A DNA stretch of 64,000 nt, from contig NZ_JBLWWA010000001.1 of assembly GCF_048268165.1 (NCBI RefSeq), positions 526,134 to 590,133 on the forward strand, written 5' to 3'. This document shows, piece by piece, positions 22,437 through 30,929 of this stretch (position 1 is its first letter; every line of letters starts with the position of its first letter). The position numbers and the translations under genes were made by a program. The notes beneath the pieces were generated by a model. That model made no database searches. It saw nothing but the letters and a program-made list of their open reading frames with translations, and was not told the DNA's origin. Origin of the DNA: Pseudidiomarina sp. (GTDB lineage Bacteria; Pseudomonadota; Gammaproteobacteria; Enterobacterales; Alteromonadaceae).

Positions 22437-22627
22437 AGCCGGATAACCCCAGTTGAATCATATACCTGAATGGCACAATAATGGCACAATATAGCATGAC
22501 GGACTTAATACGACACGAATACGACAGATGCGACAAATTGTATGACTGTCCACTAAATGTCGTCACGGTTGTGCAGGATTATCGGTAACTTACACCTAAC
22601 TTGTTATCGACACCTAGGAATAAGAAA

Positions 22628-23038
22628 ATGAAAAAAGACGAACAAACTGTTGGCATGTTAGACATTCTACGTAATGGCTTTTGGTTTTATTTCACCCATA
22701 ACAACCATGAAATAGCCGCACACGCCAGCGGGTTTAGCGGCCGTGAAACGCTATACGTGGATGACAGCAAGGTTTCGACGAAGCTTTCCTGGCGTTTCAA
22801 GAGCGGTCACGAATTTGAGCTTGACGGTCACCAATACCGTGTTGTGTTTGATGTTGTCAGTATTTGGAGAGGACAAATTGCCTGTCACTTGTATGTCGAC
22901 GATAAACACGTTGAAACCAATGAACACGCCATGGCAATTAATAACACCAAATTAGGTTGGAAAACCTTCTTTATCATGTTTGCCGCGGGCTTAGTTTTTG
23001 GTGCGCTGAGCGCATACCTCGTAAAACTCTTCGTGTAG
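22628..23038 (+). CDS. Hypothetical protein, beta-rich domain with C-terminal membrane anchor
   Basis: AGGAA RBS before ATG 22628. 136 aa, aromatic beta-strand pattern, hydrophobic tail FFIMFAAGLVFGALSAYLVKLFV. Confidence 0.7.
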   Translation: MKKDEQTVGMLDILRNGFWFYFTHNNHEIAAHASGFSGRETLYVDDSKVSTKLSWRFKSGHEFELDGHQYRVVFDVVSIWRGQIACHLYVDDKHVETNEHAMAINNTKLGWKTFFIMFAAGLVFGALSAYLVKLFV

Positions 23039-23046
23039 GGGCACAC

Positions 23047-23361
23047 ATGGACATTCAAGCTCGAAAGGTTCGAGAACTTAGAAGCCAACACGGGTGGACT
23101 CAACAACATCTAGCTGAAGCATGTGGTGTAAGTTTAAGAACCATTCAACGCATCGAAAAAGACGGCAACGCTGCTCCTGAAACTTTATCGGCACTTTGCG
23201 CCGTTTTCGAAATAACACGAGAAGAATTATTTGTTGTACCACGTAAAAATGATCAACAACTGCAACGTGCAGTATTAGGTACGCAGTGGCTTGTTTATAT
23301 AGGGATTCTCATATGCGGTATGGCAATAGGCGCTGCTATCACGTTTCTGGCGAATCCATAA
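23047..23361 (+). CDS. XRE-family HTH regulator with C-terminal TM helix
   Basis: VRELRSQHGWTQQHLAEACGVSLRTIQRIE is a classic HTH_3. TM tail WLVYIGILICGMAIGAAITFL. Start moved to ATG 23047, 8 bp after the upstream stop. Confidence 0.88.
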   Translation: MDIQARKVRELRSQHGWTQQHLAEACGVSLRTIQRIEKDGNAAPETLSALCAVFEITREELFVVPRKNDQQLQRAVLGTQWLVYIGILICGMAIGAAITFLANP

Positions 23362-23391
23362 CAGCGTACAGCGGTTAATTGCACAGACGAG

Positions 23392-23425
23392 AGGCCGCGG
23401 AAAACTCGACCGCGGCCTTTTTTTT
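23392..23425 (+). terminator. Intrinsic terminator after the XRE gene
   Basis: AGGCCGCGG-aaaactcga-CCGCGGCCT followed by a T-run. Confidence 0.88.
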
Positions 23426-23438
23426 ACACCCACAATCA

Positions 23439-23466
23439 ATTTCGCATAATGTATATTATGTTAAAT
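23439..23466 (+). other. dif site (XerC/XerD chromosome dimer resolution)
   Basis: ATTTCGCATAA-TGTATA-TTATGTTAAAT is 25/28 identical to E. coli dif GGTGCGCATAATGTATATTATGTTAAAT. The XerD arm and spacer are identical, and the site is intergenic. Confidence 0.93.
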
Positions 23467-23590
23467 AAACTATTATAAATGGTAACTAGAACAAGTGATG
23501 ACTTACACCTTTGGCGGAAATAAGCGTGTTTTTTAAATTTTTGGCAGTTACGCTACGCAAACCCATGTAGATTTCACGTAGCGCACGATT

Positions 23591-24595
23591 TTATGAATTG
23601 GCTATTTTCTGCAGCTTATTGAATAATTTTTCATAATGTTTCATGGCTAATCTATTTAAACCTAACTGAGTAAGAACCGCTGTTGGTAGCACACCTAACC
23701 AATAGGTTTTTAACCAAACCAACTTTGCATCGGTTCGCTGTTCAATTTTTCGGACAATTGTGGGCGCTTGTTGATAATAGATTTCGATAACATGTCGGCC
23801 TGCTTCAGTTTCTTGTAAAACAGTATCTCTAAATTTTCTTAAATAACTTAATTCCCAGCAGTCATCGTTTAAGCCAATGTTATGAACCGCTGCCGTTGTA
23901 AAAAAGCAACCGTATTCAGGGTTACATTTCTCAGCAAGGTAATCGTCCAGTAACGCTTTGGTGCTGGAATTAATTCGCTCACTGAATTCCAGCCAACCGG
24001 AATCATCAACCGTGACATAAGCACTTGGTGAATCTGGATACAATGACATAATCACCTGAACTGGCTCATTCATGACCCAGAAATTGTTCATTGCAGTAAT
24101 TGCATCACGTGGTAATTCATAATCGTACATAAAATTGCCGTTATGCTCGGCATCGGTTGTTACGTCGTAGTCGGTATTTTTAACGCGAAAACTTTGTACG
24201 TGTACCTGATGTTCTAAACGCTCGCCTTGGTCGTTTGTCGTGTAAAACCCCGGCAACCAAAGCTGGCCTATTTGTGGACTATACCCCCACTCGCCATTGG
24301 CATTTGAATCGTAATTGAATTTAAACTTAAGCGTTGAAGCATCGACAACCTGGGAGATAAATTCAGCTTCAGGGTCATCTGTTACGAGGGTTGTGCCATC
24401 TTTAAGTTGACGCGAAATCCATATACTCACATAAAAATAATCATAATCATCTTCGTATAAGGTCGCTTCTGAAATGAAAGCACCTTCTTTAATTGTGGTT
24501 TCGCATAAAGGCAGAGATTCTTGGGCGTAAGCCGCTGAGGATAAGCCACAGAGCGTTAAGGCTGCGGCTAATCGAGGGTAACGTCGTGAAAACAT
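23591..24595 (-). CDS. Exported hypothetical protein with C-terminal CFI-box-CTERM-like domain
   Basis: Signal peptide (…SSAAYA|QE). C-terminal GCFFTTAA…CWELSYLRKFRDTVL…GRHVIEIYYQQAP matches the CFIATA…LRxFRD…YY..P pattern. Start probably 24595 (track gives 24610). Confidence 0.75.
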   Translation of the reverse strand: MFSRRYPRLAAALTLCGLSSAAYAQESLPLCETTIKEGAFISEATLYEDDYDYFYVSIWISRQLKDGTTLVTDDPEAEFISQVVDASTLKFKFNYDSNANGEWGYSPQIGQLWLPGFYTTNDQGERLEHQVHVQSFRVKNTDYDVTTDAEHNGNFMYDYELPRDAITAMNNFWVMNEPVQVIMSLYPDSPSAYVTVDDSGWLEFSERINSSTKALLDDYLAEKCNPEYGCFFTTAAVHNIGLNDDCWELSYLRKFRDTVLQETEAGRHVIEIYYQQAPTIVRKIEQRTDAKLVWLKTYWLGVLPTAVLTQLGLNRLAMKHYEKLFNKLQKIANS

Positions 24596-24658
24596 AGCAA
24601 TCCCATCCATATTTTTAGATGGGATAAGTTTAGATGAACTGAACCTAAGTGCCAGTTT

Positions 24659-25204
24659 TTATTGATTAACTTGCTCAACAAAGCTTTTCATCGCGCCTAT
24701 TTGTTGTTGCAGTACGCCATCTACTGCACCAGCCCACTGACTCAAATCGCTTGGCGTATAGCCGCCTACACGGCAGAACAGCGAAAACTCAGTGCGATTA
24801 TCTGCGATGACTTTCATGCGCCATTCCATGACACCAGTTACCCCCTCGCCTTGCAACGGACCAAGCCCGCCGAGTAAACGAATAAGGTTATTGGGCTCAA
24901 CCTTTGCAACTTGCATGTGCATGGTTTCGGAGTCGCCAAACTTCTCACAAAAGCAGCCCATAGCTTCAGCGGTGAGCGTCATGTTTTTACCAGAGCCATA
25001 CCAAGTGTGGGCATCGAGCCACCACTGACCAATATTGTCCGTGAGTGCACCGTACACGTCACTGACTGGCGCATTAATTTCACGCTTAAATTCAATGGTA
25101 AATCCATTTTGGCTACTATCAATTACCTCGCCATTAGCGGGCTGCGTAACCAATAGCAACCCAGCCAATAATCCGAGTACATTCCCTGTAATTTGAATTT
25201 TCAT
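24659..25204 (-). CDS. Exported SRPBCC (START/Bet v1-like) domain protein
   Basis: Signal peptide, then EINAPVSDVYGALT..IGQWW, GCFCE, LIRLLGGLGPLQ and W..AVDGVL..Q. ATG overlaps the RND stop (TAATG). Confidence 0.75.
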   Translation of the reverse strand: MKIQITGNVLGLLAGLLLVTQPANGEVIDSSQNGFTIEFKREINAPVSDVYGALTDNIGQWWLDAHTWYGSGKNMTLTAEAMGCFCEKFGDSETMHMQVAKVEPNNLIRLLGGLGPLQGEGVTGVMEWRMKVIADNRTEFSLFCRVGGYTPSDLSQWAGAVDGVLQQQIGAMKSFVEQVNQ

Positions 25205-28200
25205 TACATTTCACCTGCCTTTTCCATTTCACTTTCTAATCGGTTCGTTTCATCAGCTCGTGGCTTCGTAAAGCGTGCCAAAGCCAGATAGATGACAGGC
25301 GTTAAATATAGCGTAAATAGCACCGCAAAGGCTAACCCACCAAATACCACCCAACCGATAGAGTTGCGTGATTCAGCTCCCGCTCCCATCGATAAAATTA
25401 GCGGCAGCGCCCCAAGTAGTGTTGATACTAATGTCATCATGATTGGACGCAGGCGAATTTCCGCTGCATTTTCAATTGCTTCACGCACATGCTGACCCTG
25501 GTCGCGCAATTGGTCAGCAAACTCCACAAGGAGAATTGAATTTTTCGCAATCAGACCTATCAGCATCACCAGTCCAATTTGCGAAAAGATATTGATGGAT
25601 GTGCCGGTCACGTATAGCGCGAAAAATGCGGCTGCGATACCAAAAGGTACAGTTGCCATGACAACAACCGCTGAATTAACGCTTTCAAACTGAGCAGCAA
25701 GTACCAAAAATACAATAATAAAAGCAAGAATGTACGTCAGCGCTACTTCGCGAGATGTTTCCTCATAGGCCTCGGCTTCACCAAGTAATACCAAGCCAAT
25801 GCCACTTGGAAGCTCATCTGCTGCCAATTGACGTAGTTGCGCAACCACATCTTCTAATGGAATCGAGGTAGGCTGTTCCATATCCACTTCAATAGCCCGA
25901 CGTTGTGCACGACGCTCAAGTTCGGCCGGAACACCTTCTTCGGTAATCGTGGTTAAACTCGACAGCGGCACCAAACCGGTTTCTCGGGAACCGACATACA
26001 GGTTCATGATGTCGGTCGGATCACGAATTAAACTGCGTTGTGCTTGCAACATAATCGGCACAGCTTGGTCACCGATATTTAGATCAGTAACATCCAAGCC
26101 ATTAATTGCTGCCCGCAACGTTGTCGAAATATCACTTAATGGAACTCCCAGCTCTTCCGCACGCTTACGATCGATATTAACCCTGAGCTGAGGCTGCGTT
26201 GGCTGATAAGAAATTCGCGGGTAACCCACTTCGGGCAATTCCTCTTGCAGTCGAGCAGTGAATTTCTGCGCTGCACGGAATATTTCCGCGTAATTTTCAC
26301 CGGTTAATGCAAACTCTAGACCACCACCTTGGCCACGCAGATTCAGACTGTTTGAGCCAAATGCACGGGCTGGTGCGCCTGGAATTTGGCTTAGCGGCCC
26401 ACTAATTTCATCAATAATATCCTGCTGGCTTTTGTCGCGTTCTTCCCAATCCGTTAAGCGCACGGTAATGAAGACCAAATTTGGATCCCATTGGCCAACC
26501 ACAGTGTTGATACTGTCAACCGCCCCGCCATTCACGTAAGGCAATAAGATCTCTTCCATTTGCTGGGCCTGGCGATCCATAAAATCAATGCCTACACCGT
26601 CCGGTCCGCGCGCGAAGATACGAATAGTACCGCGGTCTTCATCAGGCATTAATTCATTATCGACTTGGAAGTATAAATAGGCGGCCGCGGCCGCAATAAC
26701 GCAGCTTGCTAAAAACACCCAAATAGCTTTATCGAGTGCTATATGTAAGGTTTTGCTATACGCATTGCGCAATTTTGTACCGAAGCGCTGCAGCCCTGTT
26801 TCCTTGGCAGTTTTAAGTGGTAATCGAGCAGTCAATGCTGGTACCAAAGATAACGCGACGAATGATGAAATGATGACAGCTGCTGCCAGCACACCGCCAA
26901 ACTCTCGAAACAGTCTCCCTGCGGTTGACGGCAAAAATGCAATTGGCACAAAAACGGCAACGAGCACAGCGGTGGTTGCCACGACCGCGAAGAACACTTC
27001 ACGCGTACCAATAACCGCAGCGGCGCGCGCTCCAAGCCCTAAACTACGGCGGCGCTGAATATTTTCAGAAACGACGATTGCATCATCAACGATAAGGCCG
27101 GTTGCAAGCACTAAAGCCAACAATGTCAAAATGTTGACGGAGAATCCAAGCACCCAGATAACGGCTATCGACCCAATAAGTGCAACAGGTATCGCCAAAG
27201 CGGGAATAATTGTCGCGCGCCCAGAGCCGATAAACACCCATAGCGTGACTACCACCAAGGCGATGGTCAACGCCAGTGAAATAAAGACTTCTTCCACCGA
27301 ACTACGAATAAATTTAGCATCATCCGAGGTAACTTGTATTTCGAGTTCAGGATACTGCACCTTGAGTTTTTCAACGAGGGCAAGCACTTCATCTGAAATT
27401 TCAATGGTGTTAGACCGCGCTTGACGAATAACCCCCAAGCCGATTACCGGTTTTCCATCCAGGCGAACCATGCTGTTTGCATCTGCTGGACCAAAATATA
27501 CCGTGGCCACATCGCCAATGCGCGTGGTATCACGCACTACAATGTTTTCGACATCGTCAACCGATATCGAGCTGGCATCGGCACGCACAATCAATTGTTG
27601 ATCGGTTGACTTTAAACTGCCTGCCGGCACATCAAATGGTGCTTGGCGTAATACGTTTGCTACATCCGTTACGGTTAGTTCGTAACTGGCAAGCCTCAAG
27701 GGGTCTAGAACCACCCGCAAAACCCGCTCTCTATCGCCATTCAAGCGAACATCGGCAACCCCGGGCACACTCAAAAAGTTCGGTGCTAGGTCTGTCTCAA
27801 CCCGTTCTGTAAGCGTTTCTAAATCCAGTGTTTTACTTGAGATAGCCAGTGAAACTACCGATTGAGCATCGTTATCTGCTTTAATTATTGCAACGTTTTC
27901 AACTTCTTCTGGCAATTGCCGTTGTACTTGGCTTACTGCCTCTCGAATTTCATTGGCCGCATTATCAAGGTCAATACCCGGTCTAAACTCAACCACGATA
28001 CGTGAGCTGCCCTCTTCGCTTGAAGCGCGAATCTGTTTGACACCACTGACGCGCGCCACAGCGCCTTCGAGCCGGCTCGTTACCTCGGTATCAACGGTTT
28101 CAGGTGCGGCACCAGGGAAACTTCCTGAGACGGTAACGATAGGACGGTCAACATCAGGTAACTCGCGCACTTCAACGCCATTAATAGCAGCGTAACCGGC

Positions 28201-28290
28201 TAAAATAATGAGTAAGTTTAAAACAATAATTAAGATTGGTCGGCGAATCGCCAACGATGGTAAATCGTTCAGTTGAGGCGCAAATTTCAT
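25204..28290 (-). CDS. RND efflux permease (AcrB/AcrD/AcrF, HAE1 type)
   Basis: 1028 aa. Proton-relay motifs GLIVDDAIVVSENI and GLIAKNSILLVEFA, plus RLRPIMMT. Two large periplasmic loops. Confidence 0.93.
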   Translation of the reverse strand: MKFAPQLNDLPSLAIRRPILIIVLNLLIILAGYAAINGVEVRELPDVDRPIVTVSGSFPGAAPETVDTEVTSRLEGAVARVSGVKQIRASSEEGSSRIVVEFRPGIDLDNAANEIREAVSQVQRQLPEEVENVAIIKADNDAQSVVSLAISSKTLDLETLTERVETDLAPNFLSVPGVADVRLNGDRERVLRVVLDPLRLASYELTVTDVANVLRQAPFDVPAGSLKSTDQQLIVRADASSISVDDVENIVVRDTTRIGDVATVYFGPADANSMVRLDGKPVIGLGVIRQARSNTIEISDEVLALVEKLKVQYPELEIQVTSDDAKFIRSSVEEVFISLALTIALVVVTLWVFIGSGRATIIPALAIPVALIGSIAVIWVLGFSVNILTLLALVLATGLIVDDAIVVSENIQRRRSLGLGARAAAVIGTREVFFAVVATTAVLVAVFVPIAFLPSTAGRLFREFGGVLAAAVIISSFVALSLVPALTARLPLKTAKETGLQRFGTKLRNAYSKTLHIALDKAIWVFLASCVIAAAAAYLYFQVDNELMPDEDRGTIRIFARGPDGVGIDFMDRQAQQMEEILLPYVNGGAVDSINTVVGQWDPNLVFITVRLTDWEERDKSQQDIIDEISGPLSQIPGAPARAFGSNSLNLRGQGGGLEFALTGENYAEIFRAAQKFTARLQEELPEVGYPRISYQPTQPQLRVNIDRKRAEELGVPLSDISTTLRAAINGLDVTDLNIGDQAVPIMLQAQRSLIRDPTDIMNLYVGSRETGLVPLSSLTTITEEGVPAELERRAQRRAIEVDMEQPTSIPLEDVVAQLRQLAADELPSGIGLVLLGEAEAYEETSREVALTYILAFIIVFLVLAAQFESVNSAVVVMATVPFGIAAAFFALYVTGTSINIFSQIGLVMLIGLIAKNSILLVEFADQLRDQGQHVREAIENAAEIRLRPIMMTLVSTLLGALPLILSMGAGAESRNSIGWVVFGGLAFAVLFTLYLTPVIYLALARFTKPRADETNRLESEMEKAGEM

Positions 28291-29339
28291 GACTCTGACT
28301 CCGCATCGCTAACGTCACGAACGCTCTGGCCTGAACGAATACTTTGTACTCCCTCGACAATGAGATTATCGCCCAGTTGCAGGTTTCCAGTCACCAGTAT
28401 CCGTCCCTCAAGGCGCTGCTGAATATTCACGTCAACGCGCTGGGCTTTCCCTTCTTTTTCCACCCAAACGTAGGCGCCATCGGCACTCCACATTAACGCT
28501 GCTTCAGGAACAACCGCATAGCTATCGCCTTGATAGGCCAAAGCTACCCGAAAACTCATGCCAGGACGCCACAAATCATTACTATTATCAATTTTTGCGC
28601 GTACGCGAATGGTTCTGTTGGTTACATCAACACGCGAGTCAATGTCTATGATTTCGGCCGGTATATCTGTGTTACGGCTCGTCCAAGGGCGCACAATCAA
28701 TTCTGCGTCCTTTTGTAACATTTCAATTGCAACTTCAGGCGCATTAAAATCGATATACAATTCATCACGTTGGTCAATCGTTGTGATCATCGTTTGCTCA
28801 GTAATACGATCGCCAGCTTCAACGTCGGTGATACCTACCACACCGTCAAACGGCGCGCGCACTTGACGATCTTCATACGCAACTTCAGCTTCACGTACCG
28901 CAACTTTCCATAAATCTCGCGCAGTAACCGCTACGTCGAGTTCACTTTGTGAGATTGCTCCTTGCTGACGGCTCGTGGTTAAACGTTTAACAGTGCGTTC
29001 AGCATCTTCAAGTTGAATACGCGCTCGTTCAAGGTCAACTTGCTGTTGGCGGTCGTCTAAACGAACCAACACATCACCCGCCTCAACACGGTCGCCCGGA
29101 TTGAAATTGACTGATAGCACCAAGTCACCGACCGCTGGATAAAGCTCTACGGAGCGCAATGCTTCAGCGTAACCAACCGATTCAACATTACGTTGTACAC
29201 GTTCAAATCCCACCGGTTGCATCACCACCAATGCCGCTCGGTCACCGCCGCCCCATTGCTGGCCGTATGCACTCCAGGGCGCACATAGGCTTACAACAAT
29301 AAAGCTTCCGATAATCACCAACCGATTAAACAACTGCAT
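28287..29339 (-). CDS. RND periplasmic adaptor (MFP) subunit
   Basis: Lipoyl half-motifs GDRVEAGDVLVRLD and VRAPFDGVVG, plus SRVD..NRTIRVRA and WRPGM. 4-bp overlap with the RND start. Confidence 0.92.
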   Translation of the reverse strand: MQLFNRLVIIGSFIVVSLCAPWSAYGQQWGGGDRAALVVMQPVGFERVQRNVESVGYAEALRSVELYPAVGDLVLSVNFNPGDRVEAGDVLVRLDDRQQQVDLERARIQLEDAERTVKRLTTSRQQGAISQSELDVAVTARDLWKVAVREAEVAYEDRQVRAPFDGVVGITDVEAGDRITEQTMITTIDQRDELYIDFNAPEVAIEMLQKDAELIVRPWTSRNTDIPAEIIDIDSRVDVTNRTIRVRAKIDNSNDLWRPGMSFRVALAYQGDSYAVVPEAALMWSADGAYVWVEKEGKAQRVDVNIQQRLEGRILVTGNLQLGDNLIVEGVQSIRSGQSVRDVSDAESES

Positions 29340-29400
29340 GAATTAGTATCCCAATGAAAATGATTGTGCTTTATAGGTATATATTGGCAAAATTGATCAC

Positions 29401-29431
29401 AAAAGGTCGCTCATCCTCGATGAACGACCTT
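29401..29431 (-). terminator. Intrinsic terminator after the NfeD-SPFH operon
   Basis: Minus strand AAGGTCGTTCATC-gag-GATGAGCGACCTT followed by TT. Confidence 0.7.
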
Positions 29432-29458
29432 CTAGGTACGCCGGAAAGGTGAATTGCG

Positions 29459-30388
29459 TTAATTCTTTTTCTTAATAATTTCAGTAAGTCCAGCAACTGC
29501 ACTGCCAATATCAGCAAGTTGTGCAGGTAAAATGAGGGTGGTGCTTTCTTTCGCTAAATTACCGAACTCTTTCACGTATTGCTCAGCAACACGCAAACTC
29601 ACAGCGTCTTGGCCACCAGGTTGTTGAATGGCTATGGCAATCTTACCAAGCCCTTCGGCCGTCGCCACTGCAATCAATTCGATTTCACGTGCACGGCCTT
29701 CCGCTTCATTAATTTGCTTTTGCTTTTCAGCTTCAGACAAATTAATAACTTCCTGCTTCTGACCTTCAGATACGTTAATCATTGCCTGACGCTCGCCTTC
29801 AGACTTTGCAATGGCTGCACGACGCTCTCGCTCCGCACGCATCTGCTGCTCCAACGCATCCTTAATACTTAATGGCAGTTCAATGTCGGAAATCTCGTAA
29901 CGTAACACCTTGATACCCCATGGTGAGGCAGCCTCATCAAGCGCTTGAACCACAATTTCGTTAATCTTGGCACGTTCTTCGAATGTTTTATCAAGGTCCG
30001 TCTGACCAATCACCGAACGCATAGTAGTTTGTGCTAGTTGCGATGCTGCGTAACGATAGTTATTAATACCGTAACTGGCTTTATGTGCGTCAACCACCTG
30101 AATATACAGCACACCATTAATACCAACTTGAATATTATCCCGGGTTACACAGGCTTGACGTTCAACATCAATTACTTCTTCTTTTAACGTATGTTGATAG
30201 GCAACTTTGTCGATAAAAGGAATTAAAAAGTGAAAACCTGAATCAAGGGTGCGGTTATATTTACCAAGCCGCTCAATCACATAGTTAGAACGCTGCGGAA
30301 CAATACGCGCTGACTTGAGAACAATAATAATAACTGCAATAGCGAAACCAAGTGCTAAAACAGTTTCTACATTAAAAGTAGCATTCAT
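29459..30388 (-). CDS. SPFH/stomatin-like (QmcA/slipin) membrane protein
   Basis: N-terminal TM, ERLGKY, TTMRSVIG, WGIKVLRYEI, QMRAERERRA, coiled-coil and Band_7 C-terminal region. Confidence 0.92.
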   Translation of the reverse strand: MNATFNVETVLALGFAIAVIIIVLKSARIVPQRSNYVIERLGKYNRTLDSGFHFLIPFIDKVAYQHTLKEEVIDVERQACVTRDNIQVGINGVLYIQVVDAHKASYGINNYRYAASQLAQTTMRSVIGQTDLDKTFEERAKINEIVVQALDEAASPWGIKVLRYEISDIELPLSIKDALEQQMRAERERRAAIAKSEGERQAMINVSEGQKQEVINLSEAEKQKQINEAEGRAREIELIAVATAEGLGKIAIAIQQPGGQDAVSLRVAEQYVKEFGNLAKESTTLILPAQLADIGSAVAGLTEIIKKKN

Positions 30389-30855
30389 GAATTACCTTCC
30401 TTCATTTGAACGGGCATCCGTTTTTTTTGCACAGTGAGTTGAATGCCTTCGTTCGCAACTACCCAGGCGGTGTCGCCGACATTCAATTCGTCTTCCGAAA
30501 AAGCATCCCACTGCACCCCATTTAACAATACGCGGCCTGCGCCATGTTTGAATTCTTTAACCACAGTGACACGCGCACCAATGTCGCGTTGAAAGTTGGG
30601 TTTTGTTTCATCATGATCGGCCGTATAGCCTGTAAACCACTGCTTTATACGCCCTCTAGCTAATAGCAACGTCACCAAACTGACAGTTCCAAAAACCGCA
30701 AACTGAATTGACATTTCATCAACCAAACCCCAGTGCACTAAAAGCCCTGTTACGATAGCGCCGATGCCCAGAAACACTGCAACCACGCTGGTTAACATGA
30801 GTTCGGACAAAATTAGCACTACGCCTACTAGAATCCACAGCAATGCAATCGACAT
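30385..30855 (-). CDS. NfeD-family (short, OB-fold) membrane protein
   Basis: Three TM segments then GRVLLNGVQWDA…V.ANEGIQLTV. Stop overlaps the SPFH start. Confidence 0.88.
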   Translation of the reverse strand: MSIALLWILVGVVLILSELMLTSVVAVFLGIGAIVTGLLVHWGLVDEMSIQFAVFGTVSLVTLLLARGRIKQWFTGYTADHDETKPNFQRDIGARVTVVKEFKHGAGRVLLNGVQWDAFSEDELNVGDTAWVVANEGIQLTVQKKRMPVQMKEGNS

Positions 30856-30929
30856 GTAGTCACCTTGTAGCCAAATGTTATTTTAAAAAATATATCATGC
30901 GCCTAAGTTTTACACTTGTAATATTTGTT

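Noticed and set aside
23400-23600. IMEX, filamentous prophage or other element integrated at dif
   Set aside because: No second dif-like copy, and no rep, zot, integrase or phage structural genes were seen nearby.
29459-30855. NfeD-SPFH pair as a novel system
   Set aside because: This is a widespread, well-known gene pair (E. coli ybbJ-qmcA type).
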